Of a stretch of DNA of 64,000 nucleotides, positions 21,019-30,591 are shown piece after piece. The stretch covers positions 1,530,212-1,594,211 of the forward strand of contig OZ241875.1 in the NCBI GenBank assembly GCA_965203325.1, written 5' to 3'. The position numbers and the translations under genes are program-made. Below the pieces are notes generated by a model, which was not told where the DNA came from, did not search any database, and was given only the letters and a program-made list of their open reading frames with translations. The first letter of the stretch is position 1. Every line of letters starts with the position of its first letter. Origin of the DNA: a bacterium. Its GTDB lineage: Bacteria > UBA8248.

Positions 21019-22373
21019 CTCCTGCCCATGCGGCGCAGCGCCGAAGGCGTGAAACCTCTGGACGAGTAGTTCGAGCCGAAGACGTTCATGGGATACTCGT
21101 TGTTGAGCCCCAGCGCGAGGTAGCGCCCCGCCTGAATATCGGTGTGCACCTCGAGGGTAAAGCCCAGCAAGGGTTTTTCGTAATAGTTGACGGAGTGCCC
21201 CTCGGATACGCGCCAGAGCTGATCCCGGTTGTCGTAAATGTCGGAGAGCAGGATCATCCACGAGTCCTCGTCCACGTAGAACACCCGTTTCTTGTAGATG
21301 TGGCGCGCCCCTTCCTTGAGCGTCGCCTCGACCACCCAGACCCGGTGCAGCTCGTAGCGCAGATATTTCGGATTGACGTGCAGCGGCTTCAGAACGTCGG
21401 CGAAGGTGATCTTGTCGCTGTGCAGCTTGTAGCTGTTGTAGGGCACGTACATCTCGCGCTTGCCGAGTAGCTTCCAGTCGTAGCGGTCGAGCGCCCCGTT
21501 GAACATGTCGAACTGATCGCTCGTCCTGAGCCCGTCCGCGGCGGTGCCCGGATTGTCGTAGGCGATGTTCGGCGCGCGGCGCACCCGCCGCTGGCCGGGG
21601 TTGTACACCCAGGCGTGGCGCGGCTCGGCGACCTGGTTGAGCGTCTCGTAGGCCAGCAGGATCCTTCCCGCCAGACGCGCCGGCGCCGCCACCTTCTGCC
21701 GGAAGAGGATCATCCGGTTGTCGAGTTTCGCCTCCGTCATGCCCGGCAGGGAATAGCGCGCGAGGTATGCGTCCTCGAGCCGGACGAGGGTGTAATCGCC
21801 CCCCCTGGTGACGGCGGCCTGGCCGATGACGCGCGAGGCGGCCTCGCCCCGGTAGCGCAGCAGGTGATTCCAGATCACCTCTGCTCCGTTTTTGGGAACC
21901 GGAAACGGAATCCCGATCACAGCACCCGTCACGCCGCTGCCGCCCTCGGCGAGTTTCGCGGTGGCGGCGACGCGCCTGGTGGCGTCGTAGATGCGCTTCG
22001 GAAACGCGGCGCTGCGCCGGGTCGGGTAGACCGGCAGCCGGAGCGTCGGGTAAAGCTCCACCATCTTCTGGAGCCCGGCCGAGAGCTTCCCCCGATATTT
22101 GTCGAGGTTCGCGCGGGTGATGGTGAAGAGCGGCTTGTCGCCCGGATAAGGGTCGGGATGGTGGTCGCCCACCTTGTAGCCGGCCGGCGGGGTCGTGATG
22201 CCGCCCTTCCACTCCGGGATGGAGCCTTCGGCGTTGCCCCCCCGCTCCGCGCCGAGGGGGGTCAGGTCCTTCCCGAGCCGGGCGATCTCGTCGGCGGAAA
22301 CCGCGGCGGAGGCATTGGTCGCGATGAAGGTGAAAAGCATCGCGACGCTGATTCTCAAGATGATGGTTTTCAT
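21015..22373 (-). CDS. DUF1329 family lipoprotein (AupB-like)
   Basis: Signal peptide MKTIILRISVAMLFTFIATNASA and a DUF1329-like core. Confidence 0.75.
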   Translation of the reverse strand: MKTIILRISVAMLFTFIATNASAAVSADEIARLGKDLTPLGAERGGNAEGSIPEWKGGITTPPAGYKVGDHHPDPYPGDKPLFTITRANLDKYRGKLSAGLQKMVELYPTLRLPVYPTRRSAAFPKRIYDATRRVAATAKLAEGGSGVTGAVIGIPFPVPKNGAEVIWNHLLRYRGEAASRVIGQAAVTRGGDYTLVRLEDAYLARYSLPGMTEAKLDNRMILFRQKVAAPARLAGRILLAYETLNQVAEPRHAWVYNPGQRRVRRAPNIAYDNPGTAADGLRTSDQFDMFNGALDRYDWKLLGKREMYVPYNSYKLHSDKITFADVLKPLHVNPKYLRYELHRVWVVEATLKEGARHIYKKRVFYVDEDSWMILLSDIYDNRDQLWRVSEGHSVNYYEKPLLGFTLEVHTDIQAGRYLALGLNNEYPMNVFGSNYSSRGFTPSALRRMGRR

Positions 22374-22402
22374 GGCGGTTACCCCATTTTCATCGCTGTT
22401 GG

Positions 22403-24598
22403 TCAGAACAGGTATTTGACGGTGGCGGAGACGAAGTCGCGGTCGTTCGCCTGGTTGTGCCTGCCGGCGCCGCCGAACATGGTGAAGCTCACGTCGAAAT
22501 GCCAGCGGTTGAGATAGCTCGCGCCCAGCCCGAGGGTCACGGCGGTCCGGTCTTCTATGAACGGCCCGCCCGGACCGGGGCTGGTGCCCTTCACGTCGTG
22601 CTGGAACGACACGCGCGGCGCGACGTTCACCGCGCCGATGGCGTTGAGATACGACAGCCGCGCCGCCAGCCGATAGCCGTAGGAGGTGGCGCTCGCGAAC
22701 CGATCCAGCGGATCCGCCGGGAGGCCGGCGTGCGCGCCCGTCGGCGTGGAATGAAAGGGCTCCCCGCTGGTCTGCGTGCCCGGCCCCTCGAGGCGAAGCT
22801 CGCTCTTGTCCGGCATGTCGTGCACGTACATGAGCGCCGCCTCCGCGACGAACGCCAGGCTGTCCGCCCCCAGGGTGGGGCCGAACACCTTGGTGGCCGT
22901 GGCCTGGATCTGGCTCACGTCGCGCTCGATGTAGCCCTGGACATAGCTTTCGGGGGCAAAGACGCCGACCTGGTTCCGGCAGTAGGGGAAATCATTCGAG
23001 CAAGGCCTGTTGGTTGTGGGGTCGATGGTGAGCGGCGTCAGGGCCGCGAAGAACACTTCGGCGTCGTCTATCTGCAGGGGCGCGTCCATGCGGTAGGAGA
23101 GTTCTCCCTGCAGCGCCCATCCCGAGGTTCCGAGCACGGTGTTGAAGCTCAGGCCGAAGAGCTGGATGTCTTCGGGATATTCGGCGAAGTAGCTTGCCGT
23201 CTTCGTGTAGCGGTCAATGGCGAGGAGGCCGGCCATCCTGCTCACGTTGCTGGTGACCTGCTTGGCGACCTCGCCGGGGACTATGGCGGCGACTTGCCTT
23301 CGAACCTCCGCCTGAATGATCGCCGGCGGCGTGCCGGGCGGAACTTGCGCCGTAACCGCAGCGGTGACCTGCCGGGTGACCGCCTGTGTTACCAGCGGGG
23401 TGACCGCCTGCGTCACCGCCCGTGCGGTCGTGGAAGTGGGCGAACCGACCGCCGCCGCCGCGAAGAGGCCGTCCTGTATCCCCTGCACGGTGCCGGTGCG
23501 CCCGCTCAGGACGGGCAGGCGGCTGTGGTAGTTGACGAAGTAGACGCCGAACTCGGTGTTGTTGAGACCCTCGGCGAGGTAGCGCAGCGCGACCCCCCAC
23601 TGGCCGGAGTCTTCGGGTTCGTTGTCCGCATTGCGGAACACGTTCAGGAAATGGGGGTCGAAGGCCGCCTGCGCTCTCTGGGGCAGGGGCGTCAGGACGC
23701 CCGGCGCCGCGGGGCTGGGGATGCGGAAACCACGGAGGTCGGCGTTGATCGCCTGGGTCAGGCCGGGCCCCAACGCCTCGTAACTGAATCCCGTGTCGGG
23801 GATGGCCCCCCAGCCGAGCACGACCCTCCTCCCGCCCGCGCCGACGAAGTCGCTCGTCGAGAAGAAGCTGCCGGGCGGGTCGATCTCGGTCTTCTCCCAC
23901 TTCACCTGGTAGAAACCCTCCACGGAGAGGCTCTCGTGCAGTGAAGCCGAGACGGAGACCATCGGGACCGGCACGAGCCCGTCGCGCAACTCCGCGCCCG
24001 GCGTTCTCAGTTTGGTCACGTCGAAGGGGTTGATGACGTTGATGCTGTTCTGGATGAAGGTGCTCTCGCCCCAGCTGAGCACGTGATTGCCGAGCCGAAG
24101 GTCGATCGGCGCGCCGCCCAGATCGAACGAGCCGGTGAGGTAGAGATCGAGCACTTCGAAATCGTTTCCGACCAGATCCTTCGCTTCCGGCGATAGTTCG
24201 TCCCGCGCCCTGTCGCCGTTTTCGTTCTCGAAGTCGAAAAAGCCGTGCACGCGGGCGAAGGCGCCGAAGTTCCGGTAGTTGAGGTCGAGCTCGCCGATGA
24301 ACTTCGAAGCGTTGCTCACGACGCCTCTGTCGAAGTTGAGGTTGCCGTCGTCGCTGTTGACGGAGGTCGCCGTGCCTCCGTTGGCGATGCCGAGCAGGTT
24401 CTCGTCGCGCTCCCCGACGCGAAGGGTGACGCCGTGCGAGAGCGTGATGTCGAGGCTGCCTTCGAGTTCGCCGTGGGTGAAATCCTCCGCGCCCGCGGGC
24501 GCAGATGAGAAGGCGAAGACAAGGGCCAACGCGCAGGCCGCAAAACGAAGCGAGCGGGAGATGGATTCGAAATCGCCCCCTCGGGAGAGGCTGTTCAT
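22403..24598 (-). CDS. DUF1302 family outer-membrane beta-barrel protein (AupA-like)
   Basis: Signal peptide. C-terminal ...ATVKYLF ending in Phe. DUF1302-like length. Contains an internal (QAVT)n low-complexity insert. Confidence 0.75.
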   Translation of the reverse strand: MNSLSRGGDFESISRSLRFAACALALVFAFSSAPAGAEDFTHGELEGSLDITLSHGVTLRVGERDENLLGIANGGTATSVNSDDGNLNFDRGVVSNASKFIGELDLNYRNFGAFARVHGFFDFENENGDRARDELSPEAKDLVGNDFEVLDLYLTGSFDLGGAPIDLRLGNHVLSWGESTFIQNSINVINPFDVTKLRTPGAELRDGLVPVPMVSVSASLHESLSVEGFYQVKWEKTEIDPPGSFFSTSDFVGAGGRRVVLGWGAIPDTGFSYEALGPGLTQAINADLRGFRIPSPAAPGVLTPLPQRAQAAFDPHFLNVFRNADNEPEDSGQWGVALRYLAEGLNNTEFGVYFVNYHSRLPVLSGRTGTVQGIQDGLFAAAAVGSPTSTTARAVTQAVTPLVTQAVTRQVTAAVTAQVPPGTPPAIIQAEVRRQVAAIVPGEVAKQVTSNVSRMAGLLAIDRYTKTASYFAEYPEDIQLFGLSFNTVLGTSGWALQGELSYRMDAPLQIDDAEVFFAALTPLTIDPTTNRPCSNDFPYCRNQVGVFAPESYVQGYIERDVSQIQATATKVFGPTLGADSLAFVAEAALMYVHDMPDKSELRLEGPGTQTSGEPFHSTPTGAHAGLPADPLDRFASATSYGYRLAARLSYLNAIGAVNVAPRVSFQHDVKGTSPGPGGPFIEDRTAVTLGLGASYLNRWHFDVSFTMFGGAGRHNQANDRDFVSATVKYLF

Positions 24599-24915
24599 TG
24601 GTCGCCCGGCGCGGGTGCGGCGGGTGAAGTGGCTGGAGCGGGCTGGTTGCATGCCAGTGGGTCCCCCCTCGTTGCAGACAAGGTAATTTATTTCCTGGAA
24701 GTTCTCTTATCTTGTTTTGATGTGCGCTTCTGCAAGATATAGTTATCGCCTTGAGCTAGTCAAGAGAAATTCGAGCGCAACAAACCAGAAAATGGCGTTT
24801 TACGGATTGATTCCAGGATAGCGGTACGAACGAAGTGCTTCGGCGCTCCTGCACCATGGATCACGCCGATCGCGAGTGACCCGATACTTTTCGTGCCGGC
24901 TCTTTTGAGGAAGTG

Positions 24916-25989
24916 CTAACGTACGCGCGTTCCGTCGGGTTCGAAGAGGTAGACGCGCTCGGAGTCGAAGGTGACGTTCAACCGCTCGCCTTCCTTGAAG
25001 CGATCGCTCGCCTCGATGATCGCGATGGTCGGACGCTCGGCGCCGTGCTCGAAGTAGAGCAGCGTGTCCTTGCCGAGGGGCTCGACGAGCTGAATGTCGC
25101 ACGAGAAGGCGGCATCCTGGCTTCCCACCACGATGTGCTCGGGCCGCACGCCCAGGGTGTAGTCCCCCGGAGATACGCCCGCGTAGGCGTCGGGGAGTCT
25201 GAATTCAATTCCGGCGCCCGTGAAGGCGGTGGCGCCGTTCGATCCCTCCACCTTCCCCGCGATGAGGTTCATGGAGGGGCTGCCGAAGAAATCGGCCACG
25301 AAGTAGCTGACCGGGTCGTTGTAGATTTCCAGCGGAGTGCCCACCTGCTCGATGACGCCGTCGCGCATCACCACGATGCGGTCGGCCAGCGTCATGGCCT
25401 CCTCCTGATCGTGCGTGACGTAGACGAAGGTTTTCTTGAGTTCCTCGTGCAGCCTGTCGATCTCGGCGCGCATCTCACGCCTGAGCTTGGCGTCGAGGCT
25501 CGAGAGCGGCTCGTCCAGCAGAAAAGCGGCCGGGTCGGTGATGAGGGTGCGGGCCAGTGCGGCGCGCTGCGCCTCGCCGCCCGAGCATTCGACGGGCAGC
25601 TTGTGGAGAAGGTGTGTGATGCGCACCATGTCGGCCACCTCCCGCACCTGCTGTTTGCGCGTTTCCTCCGGCACCTTCTTCATCCGTGGGCCGAACTCGA
25701 TGTTCTCGGCCACCGTCTTGTGCGGGAACAGGGCGTGCGTCTGGAAGACCATGCCGACGCCGCGGTCTCCGGGGTCGACGTCGTTCACGAGCCGCCCGTC
25801 GATCTCGATCTCACCCGCAGTGGGCTCCTCGAAACCCGCGATCATGCGCAGCGTGGTCGTCTTCCCGCATCCCGAAGGGCCGACGATGACGACGAACTCG
25901 CCTTCCTCGATGGTGAAGTCGAGGTTCTTCACGGCCTCGATGTTCCTGCCGAATACCTTGCGTAAGCCCTTGAGTTCGATTCTCGCCAT
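24916..25989 (-). CDS. ABC transporter ATP-binding protein (MalK/UgpC type)
   Basis: Walker A GPSGCGKTT, signature SGGEAQR, Walker B FLLDEP. C-terminal TOBE/MalK regulatory domain. Confidence 0.9.
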   Translation of the reverse strand: MARIELKGLRKVFGRNIEAVKNLDFTIEEGEFVVIVGPSGCGKTTTLRMIAGFEEPTAGEIEIDGRLVNDVDPGDRGVGMVFQTHALFPHKTVAENIEFGPRMKKVPEETRKQQVREVADMVRITHLLHKLPVECSGGEAQRAALARTLITDPAAFLLDEPLSSLDAKLRREMRAEIDRLHEELKKTFVYVTHDQEEAMTLADRIVVMRDGVIEQVGTPLEIYNDPVSYFVADFFGSPSMNLIAGKVEGSNGATAFTGAGIEFRLPDAYAGVSPGDYTLGVRPEHIVVGSQDAAFSCDIQLVEPLGKDTLLYFEHGAERPTIAIIEASDRFKEGERLNVTFDSERVYLFEPDGTRVR

Positions 25990-25996
25990 TGTCCTT

Positions 25997-26899
25997 TTAC
26001 CTCTTCACCATTCCGAAAGTGAAACCTCGCACCAGGTGTTTTCGAATAAAAATGCCGATGACCATGAGCGGCAGCGTGATTCCCACCGCCAGAGCGGCCT
26101 GGTGGCCGTAGACGCGGCCCTCGTCGGAGCCTTCGTATTTCGCCAACTGGACGGGCAGCGTCACCACGTCCACCTTCGACAGCATGAGAGAGAGCAGATA
26201 TTCGCTCCACGTCAGGATGAGGATAAACAGGAACGTCGCCACGATGCCGGAGCGTATGAGCGGGAATATCACCTCGCGGATCGCCTGCCACTTGGTCGCG
26301 CCCAGAATCTCGGCGGCCTGTTCGATCTCGACGGGAACCTCGTCCACGAAGCTCTTCGTCATCCAGACGGAATACGGCAGTGTGGTGATGAAATAGACGA
26401 TAATCAGCCCCAGCGCCGTGTCCATCAGATGGATCGCCGAATAGTAGAGCGTCAGCGGCGCCGCCACCACGATGGGCGGAATCATCCTGAGCACAAGGAG
26501 CTGGAACATCCGTATCTCCGATAATATCCGGTACCGCGAGACCCCATAGGCCAGAATGGCTCCGAATGCGACCGAAAGCGCCGTGGCGGTGATGGCGATG
26601 TAGAGGCTGTTCCAGAGCGCCTGCCAGGGCTTGTTCGCCGAAGCCGACTCGTAGCGGGCCGTCTGTGTTTTCTCTTCGGTGGCGGTGCGGGGACTTTCGG
26701 GCCTGCCCCACACGGCCTGGTAATTGACCCAGGAGGCCTCCTTCGACCAGTAGACCGGCGGCCAGGCGTGCCATTCCCAGTCGGGCTTGAACGAGGTGGA
26801 AACTATCCAGAAAATCGGGAACGCCACGATCACCGACCATATGAAAAGCATGGCGTAGCGGAAGATGGTGAACAGGCGCGCCTTCTGTACTCGGTTCAT
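25997..26899 (-). CDS. carbohydrate ABC transporter permease (MalG/UgpE type)
   Basis: EAA-loop motif. Six TM helices. Confidence 0.85.
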   Translation of the reverse strand: MNRVQKARLFTIFRYAMLFIWSVIVAFPIFWIVSTSFKPDWEWHAWPPVYWSKEASWVNYQAVWGRPESPRTATEEKTQTARYESASANKPWQALWNSLYIAITATALSVAFGAILAYGVSRYRILSEIRMFQLLVLRMIPPIVVAAPLTLYYSAIHLMDTALGLIIVYFITTLPYSVWMTKSFVDEVPVEIEQAAEILGATKWQAIREVIFPLIRSGIVATFLFILILTWSEYLLSLMLSKVDVVTLPVQLAKYEGSDEGRVYGHQAALAVGITLPLMVIGIFIRKHLVRGFTFGMVKR

Positions 26900-26901
26900 G
26901 T

Positions 26902-27864
26902 CTAGGCCTCCGTGCGCGACGTTTCATGCAGGGCGTCGAGCGCCCGCTTCTCGCGGCGCAGCACGTAGATCGCCGTGAGAACGATGAATATCATGAGCAC
27001 CATGACTACGTAGGACATCGCCGCGCCCTTCGATATGTCGAACGACACCCAGGTCGTGAAATAGAGATAGATGGGTATCGTCTCTGTAGCGGTGCCGGGC
27101 CCTCCCTGGATTAGGCCCCACGTTTTGGGAAATTCCGCCATGGCCTCCAGGAAGCGCAGGATGAGCGCCAGGAATATGACGGGCCTTAAAAGCGGAAGCT
27201 GGATCTCGCGGAATATCTGCAGGCGGTTCGCCCCCAGAATACGCGCAGCCTCCACCGGTTCGGTCGGCAGCGAGGAGAGGCCGGCCAGCATGATGATGAA
27301 GACGAAAGGCGTCCAGTTCCATATTTCGAGCAATATAATCGTGAAGATGGCGAAATTGGGATTCGACAGCCAGGTGAACTTCGAGAGGTCCCCCGGCAGG
27401 AAATAACTCAAAAACCCGTTGATGGGCCCTTTCTCGTACAAGAGCATGTCGGCGGTGTAGGCTATCACCACGGGCACCGTCAGCATCGGGAGGATGAAGA
27501 GAATGTAGAAAAACGCCTGTCCCCGGAAGGGCTTGTACATCAACAGCGCCAGAATGAAGCCGCATATGAAACAACCCAGCGTCGAGAGACCCGCGAACAT
27601 GAGCGAGCGCCCCATGGCTCTCCAGAAACGACCTTCGGTCAACACCTCCTGGAACAACTCCAGCCCCACGAACTCCGCGTCGAACCACGTGGAGAGATAA
27701 ACCGTCCAGGAATGGAACGAAAAATATATCTGCAAGAGAAAGACGGGTATCAGGAACGCGAACAGGAGAATCAGCGGAGAGAGCACGCTCCATTTGAATA
27801 TGCGCACGCCCCGGGCGCGCGTAGAGCGTCTACCCTTGGGTTGCGCAATTGTGGCCGTCGCCAT
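26902..27864 (-). CDS. carbohydrate ABC transporter permease (MalF/UgpA type)
   Basis: EAARILGANRLQIFREIQLP EAA motif. Confidence 0.85.
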   Translation of the reverse strand: MATATIAQPKGRRSTRARGVRIFKWSVLSPLILLFAFLIPVFLLQIYFSFHSWTVYLSTWFDAEFVGLELFQEVLTEGRFWRAMGRSLMFAGLSTLGCFICGFILALLMYKPFRGQAFFYILFILPMLTVPVVIAYTADMLLYEKGPINGFLSYFLPGDLSKFTWLSNPNFAIFTIILLEIWNWTPFVFIIMLAGLSSLPTEPVEAARILGANRLQIFREIQLPLLRPVIFLALILRFLEAMAEFPKTWGLIQGGPGTATETIPIYLYFTTWVSFDISKGAAMSYVVMVLMIFIVLTAIYVLRREKRALDALHETSRTEA

Positions 27865-28028
27865 TCAACAAGACTCCTGCGGTATCGAATGAATCGGAGC
27901 GTACGCCGGAAACCATTCGGAAGCGATAATCGCGTCGGCAGCCGGGGCGGGCGATTCCCCGCCCGCCCCAACCGGCGAAACATGAAACCTCCGCCCCGGA
28001 GCCGCGCCCCGGGGAGAGAAGGTTCGTC

Positions 28029-29480
28029 TTACATGGGTTTGTCAACCTTCGGCATCATGGCCTTGTAGAAGGGAATCTCCTTCTTGAGCTTGCGCTTGCC
28101 GACCTTGCGGATGATCTTGGCCCATTCGCTCTGGATGTCGCCCATCACCTTCTTGGCGCCCTTCTTGCGGCCCGCGTAGGCCTCGGAGAGGTTCCGGTCG
28201 ACGACTTCCTTGAACTCCTGGTAGCCGGTCACATACGGCGGCGGGCAGGTGACGAGGAGGTTGTCCTCCACGGACTTGATGCCCGGCTTGGTGTAGACCT
28301 TCGTCACCTGCGGGTCGGTCATGTGCTTGGGATGCCAGGGATCGTGGAACGTGAACTTCGGATGGCCCACGACCTCGGCGCTGTTCTTGTAGGTGCTCAT
28401 GTACATGGCCCATGCGACGGCCTGTTTCTTGCGCGGGCTGTGACGGTTCACCACCATGGCCATCACCGGAGCGGAGAAGGCGCGGTGGATGAGCTTGCCG
28501 GAGAATTTCGAACCCGGAACCAGGCCGTAATGCCACATGCCCCTGGTTTTGGTGCCCGCCGTCGGGCTTTCGATAGCGGCGATAATTCCGTCCCAGTACT
28601 GGCAGGAGAAAATCTTGCCGTTGCGGATCCGGGGGATCATCTGCGGCGAACCCCAGGCGCCCGCCTCGGGGTGGGAAACCTGCTTGCGAGCAAGCCAGGT
28701 GTCGAAGGCGTATTCGGCCGCCGGCGTGTTCAGCGTGGGGTTGGCGTCGTCGTCGAACGGGAAGCCGCCCGCGCTGTAGAGATACATCCAGTACCAGAAG
28801 CTGCTGTTCGCCTTGTCGCGCAGGCCGCCGAAGCCGTAGAGTTCCTTGTCGGGCCTGTGGAAGTGTTTCATCATTTCGAGTTCGTCTTCCCAGGTAACAG
28901 GCCACTTGAGAGGCTTGCCGTGCTTGTCGGCGAAGGCCTTGCGCTCATCGGGATTGTCGAACAGGTCCTTGCGGATGAACTGCGGGCAGACGTTGCCGTC
29001 CGTGGGCATGGCGTAGGTCTTGCCCTGATACGTCATGAAGGTCTCAAAGTTGCCCACCATCTTGAGGTCGAAGCCGGCGGCCTTCATGTAGTCGTCGAGG
29101 GGCTCGAGCATTCCCGCCGCCACGAGGGAGGGAATCATCATGGACTCGACGTGGAAGATGTCGAACTTGCCCGAGCGCGTGATGGCCTCGGCCATGGCCC
29201 GCTGGGGAATCTGCAGGTTGGGAACGTCACTGACCTTGTCCATGGAGATGCCGGTGGCTTTATTGAACTCGCGGTTGAGGTCAGGGTAGTTCCGCCAGTA
29301 GAGGCCCCACATCATACCGTTCAGCTTGGCGCCGCCCAGCTTCTTGCCCGCTTTGATGACGACGTCCTCCTCGGGCCCGGCATGGGATTTGCCCGCGCCG
29401 CCGAGAACGGCGGGACCCGCCACCGCAGTGGCCAGACCGGCCTTGAGGAGGCTTCTTCTTTTAATCTGCTTCTCGCTCAT
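28029..29480 (-). CDS. ABC transporter substrate-binding protein (family 1), Tat-exported
   Basis: Twin-arginine signal KRRSLLKAGLATAVAGPAVLGGAGKSHA. RBS GAAGGAGGAA. Confidence 0.85.
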   Translation of the reverse strand: MSEKQIKRRSLLKAGLATAVAGPAVLGGAGKSHAGPEEDVVIKAGKKLGGAKLNGMMWGLYWRNYPDLNREFNKATGISMDKVSDVPNLQIPQRAMAEAITRSGKFDIFHVESMMIPSLVAAGMLEPLDDYMKAAGFDLKMVGNFETFMTYQGKTYAMPTDGNVCPQFIRKDLFDNPDERKAFADKHGKPLKWPVTWEDELEMMKHFHRPDKELYGFGGLRDKANSSFWYWMYLYSAGGFPFDDDANPTLNTPAAEYAFDTWLARKQVSHPEAGAWGSPQMIPRIRNGKIFSCQYWDGIIAAIESPTAGTKTRGMWHYGLVPGSKFSGKLIHRAFSAPVMAMVVNRHSPRKKQAVAWAMYMSTYKNSAEVVGHPKFTFHDPWHPKHMTDPQVTKVYTKPGIKSVEDNLLVTCPPPYVTGYQEFKEVVDRNLSEAYAGRKKGAKKVMGDIQSEWAKIIRKVGKRKLKKEIPFYKAMMPKVDKPM

Positions 29481-29738
29481 CGGGGTGTTCCTCCTTCATT
29501 CTTGGGGTGACCGAGTGGGCGAATGGAATCCGCGTTAAGCGTCCATCGCACGATGAAACGCCGGCCGGCGGATAAACCCGCCTCTCGGCCCGTATATGCA
29601 ACTCATAATGCCTTGGTAACAGCGCATTGTATGAAAGCGTCGTTTTTTGTCAACAAGCGCAGCAAGTCCGTCTCAAGTAATTCGCGAGCCGCAAACCGAA
29701 CGACACGCAAAAGGAGACGGCGGCGGGAAACAGGCGCA

Positions 29739-29790
29739 AAAAACCGCCCTCCCCGGCGAGGTTCCAGAGCCGGAGAGGGCGATGCGGTGC
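29739..29790 (-). terminator. candidate intrinsic terminator after the usp gene
   Basis: Imperfect hairpin CCCTCTCCGGC...GCCGGGGAGGG followed by TTTTTT on the minus strand. Confidence 0.4.
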
Positions 29791-29799
29791 GGCTTGAAT

Positions 29800-30312
29800 C
29801 TAGCCTTCGACCGATTCCGCTTCCATTTCCTCCAGCTTTTTCAGGGCCACCTTGTCCCTCAGCAGGAACACCGGACAGGGCGCGCGCCGGAGAACCTGCT
29901 CGGAGACGCTGCCAATCAGGAAGCGGCTCACCATGTTGTGGCCGTGCGTTCCCATGACGAGGAGGTCGAAATCCCCCGTGTCGGCGAATTGCACGATCTC
30001 CTTCACCGGTTCGCCGAAAACGACGAGAGTTTCGATGGGCACGGCCGACTCGATCTGTTTCGTCATCACGTCGAGATTGCTCTGCAACTCGATGCGCGTA
30101 TCCTCGAGCAGCCGGCTCGGAGAGATGGTGCCCACGAGTTCCGCACCGTAGCCGCCGTATTTGGCCGCGTAGTCGGGGTTTCTGGCCACGTGGATGGCCA
30201 TGACTTCCGCGTTGCGGTTCTCCCCGATCTCCGCCGCGACCTTCAGGACGCCCCGGCTGAGTTCCGAGAAATCGACGGCTGCCAGTACTTTCTTGGGGTC
30301 ATATATTCGCAT
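29800..30312 (-). CDS. universal stress protein (UspA family)
   Basis: GTHGHNMVSRFLIGSVSEQVLRRAPCPVFLL C-terminal USP signature. RBS GGAGGG. Confidence 0.8.
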   Translation of the reverse strand: MRIYDPKKVLAAVDFSELSRGVLKVAAEIGENRNAEVMAIHVARNPDYAAKYGGYGAELVGTISPSRLLEDTRIELQSNLDVMTKQIESAVPIETLVVFGEPVKEIVQFADTGDFDLLVMGTHGHNMVSRFLIGSVSEQVLRRAPCPVFLLRDKVALKKLEEMEAESVEG

Positions 30313-30365
30313 GGCGTTTCCCTCCGATATGAATGAAATAAGATGTTTCCGTCCTTGCACCAAGC

Positions 30366-30400
30366 AAAAAGCGGAGCCTTTGGAGGCCCCGCTTTCCTTC
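30366..30400 (-). terminator. candidate bidirectional intrinsic terminator after the quinone oxidoreductase gene
   Basis: AGCGGAGCCTTTGGAGGCCCCGCT hairpin flanked by A5 and T-rich runs. Confidence 0.4.
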
Positions 30401-30591
30401 TTGTTTTTTCGCCTGCGGAGGCCTGCCGAATTCCTTGCGCCGGCTGTCTTTTGACATCCCCCGAGAGGCCGGCGCGCTGCTTCAGGGGACTAGACTCCAT
30501 CACTCCATCAACCCCCTATGGTCTGTTTCAAATATAGGCCCTCATGCGCCATCTTTCAAGAAGATTCCGCGCGCAAGCCGCCCCGCCCGCC

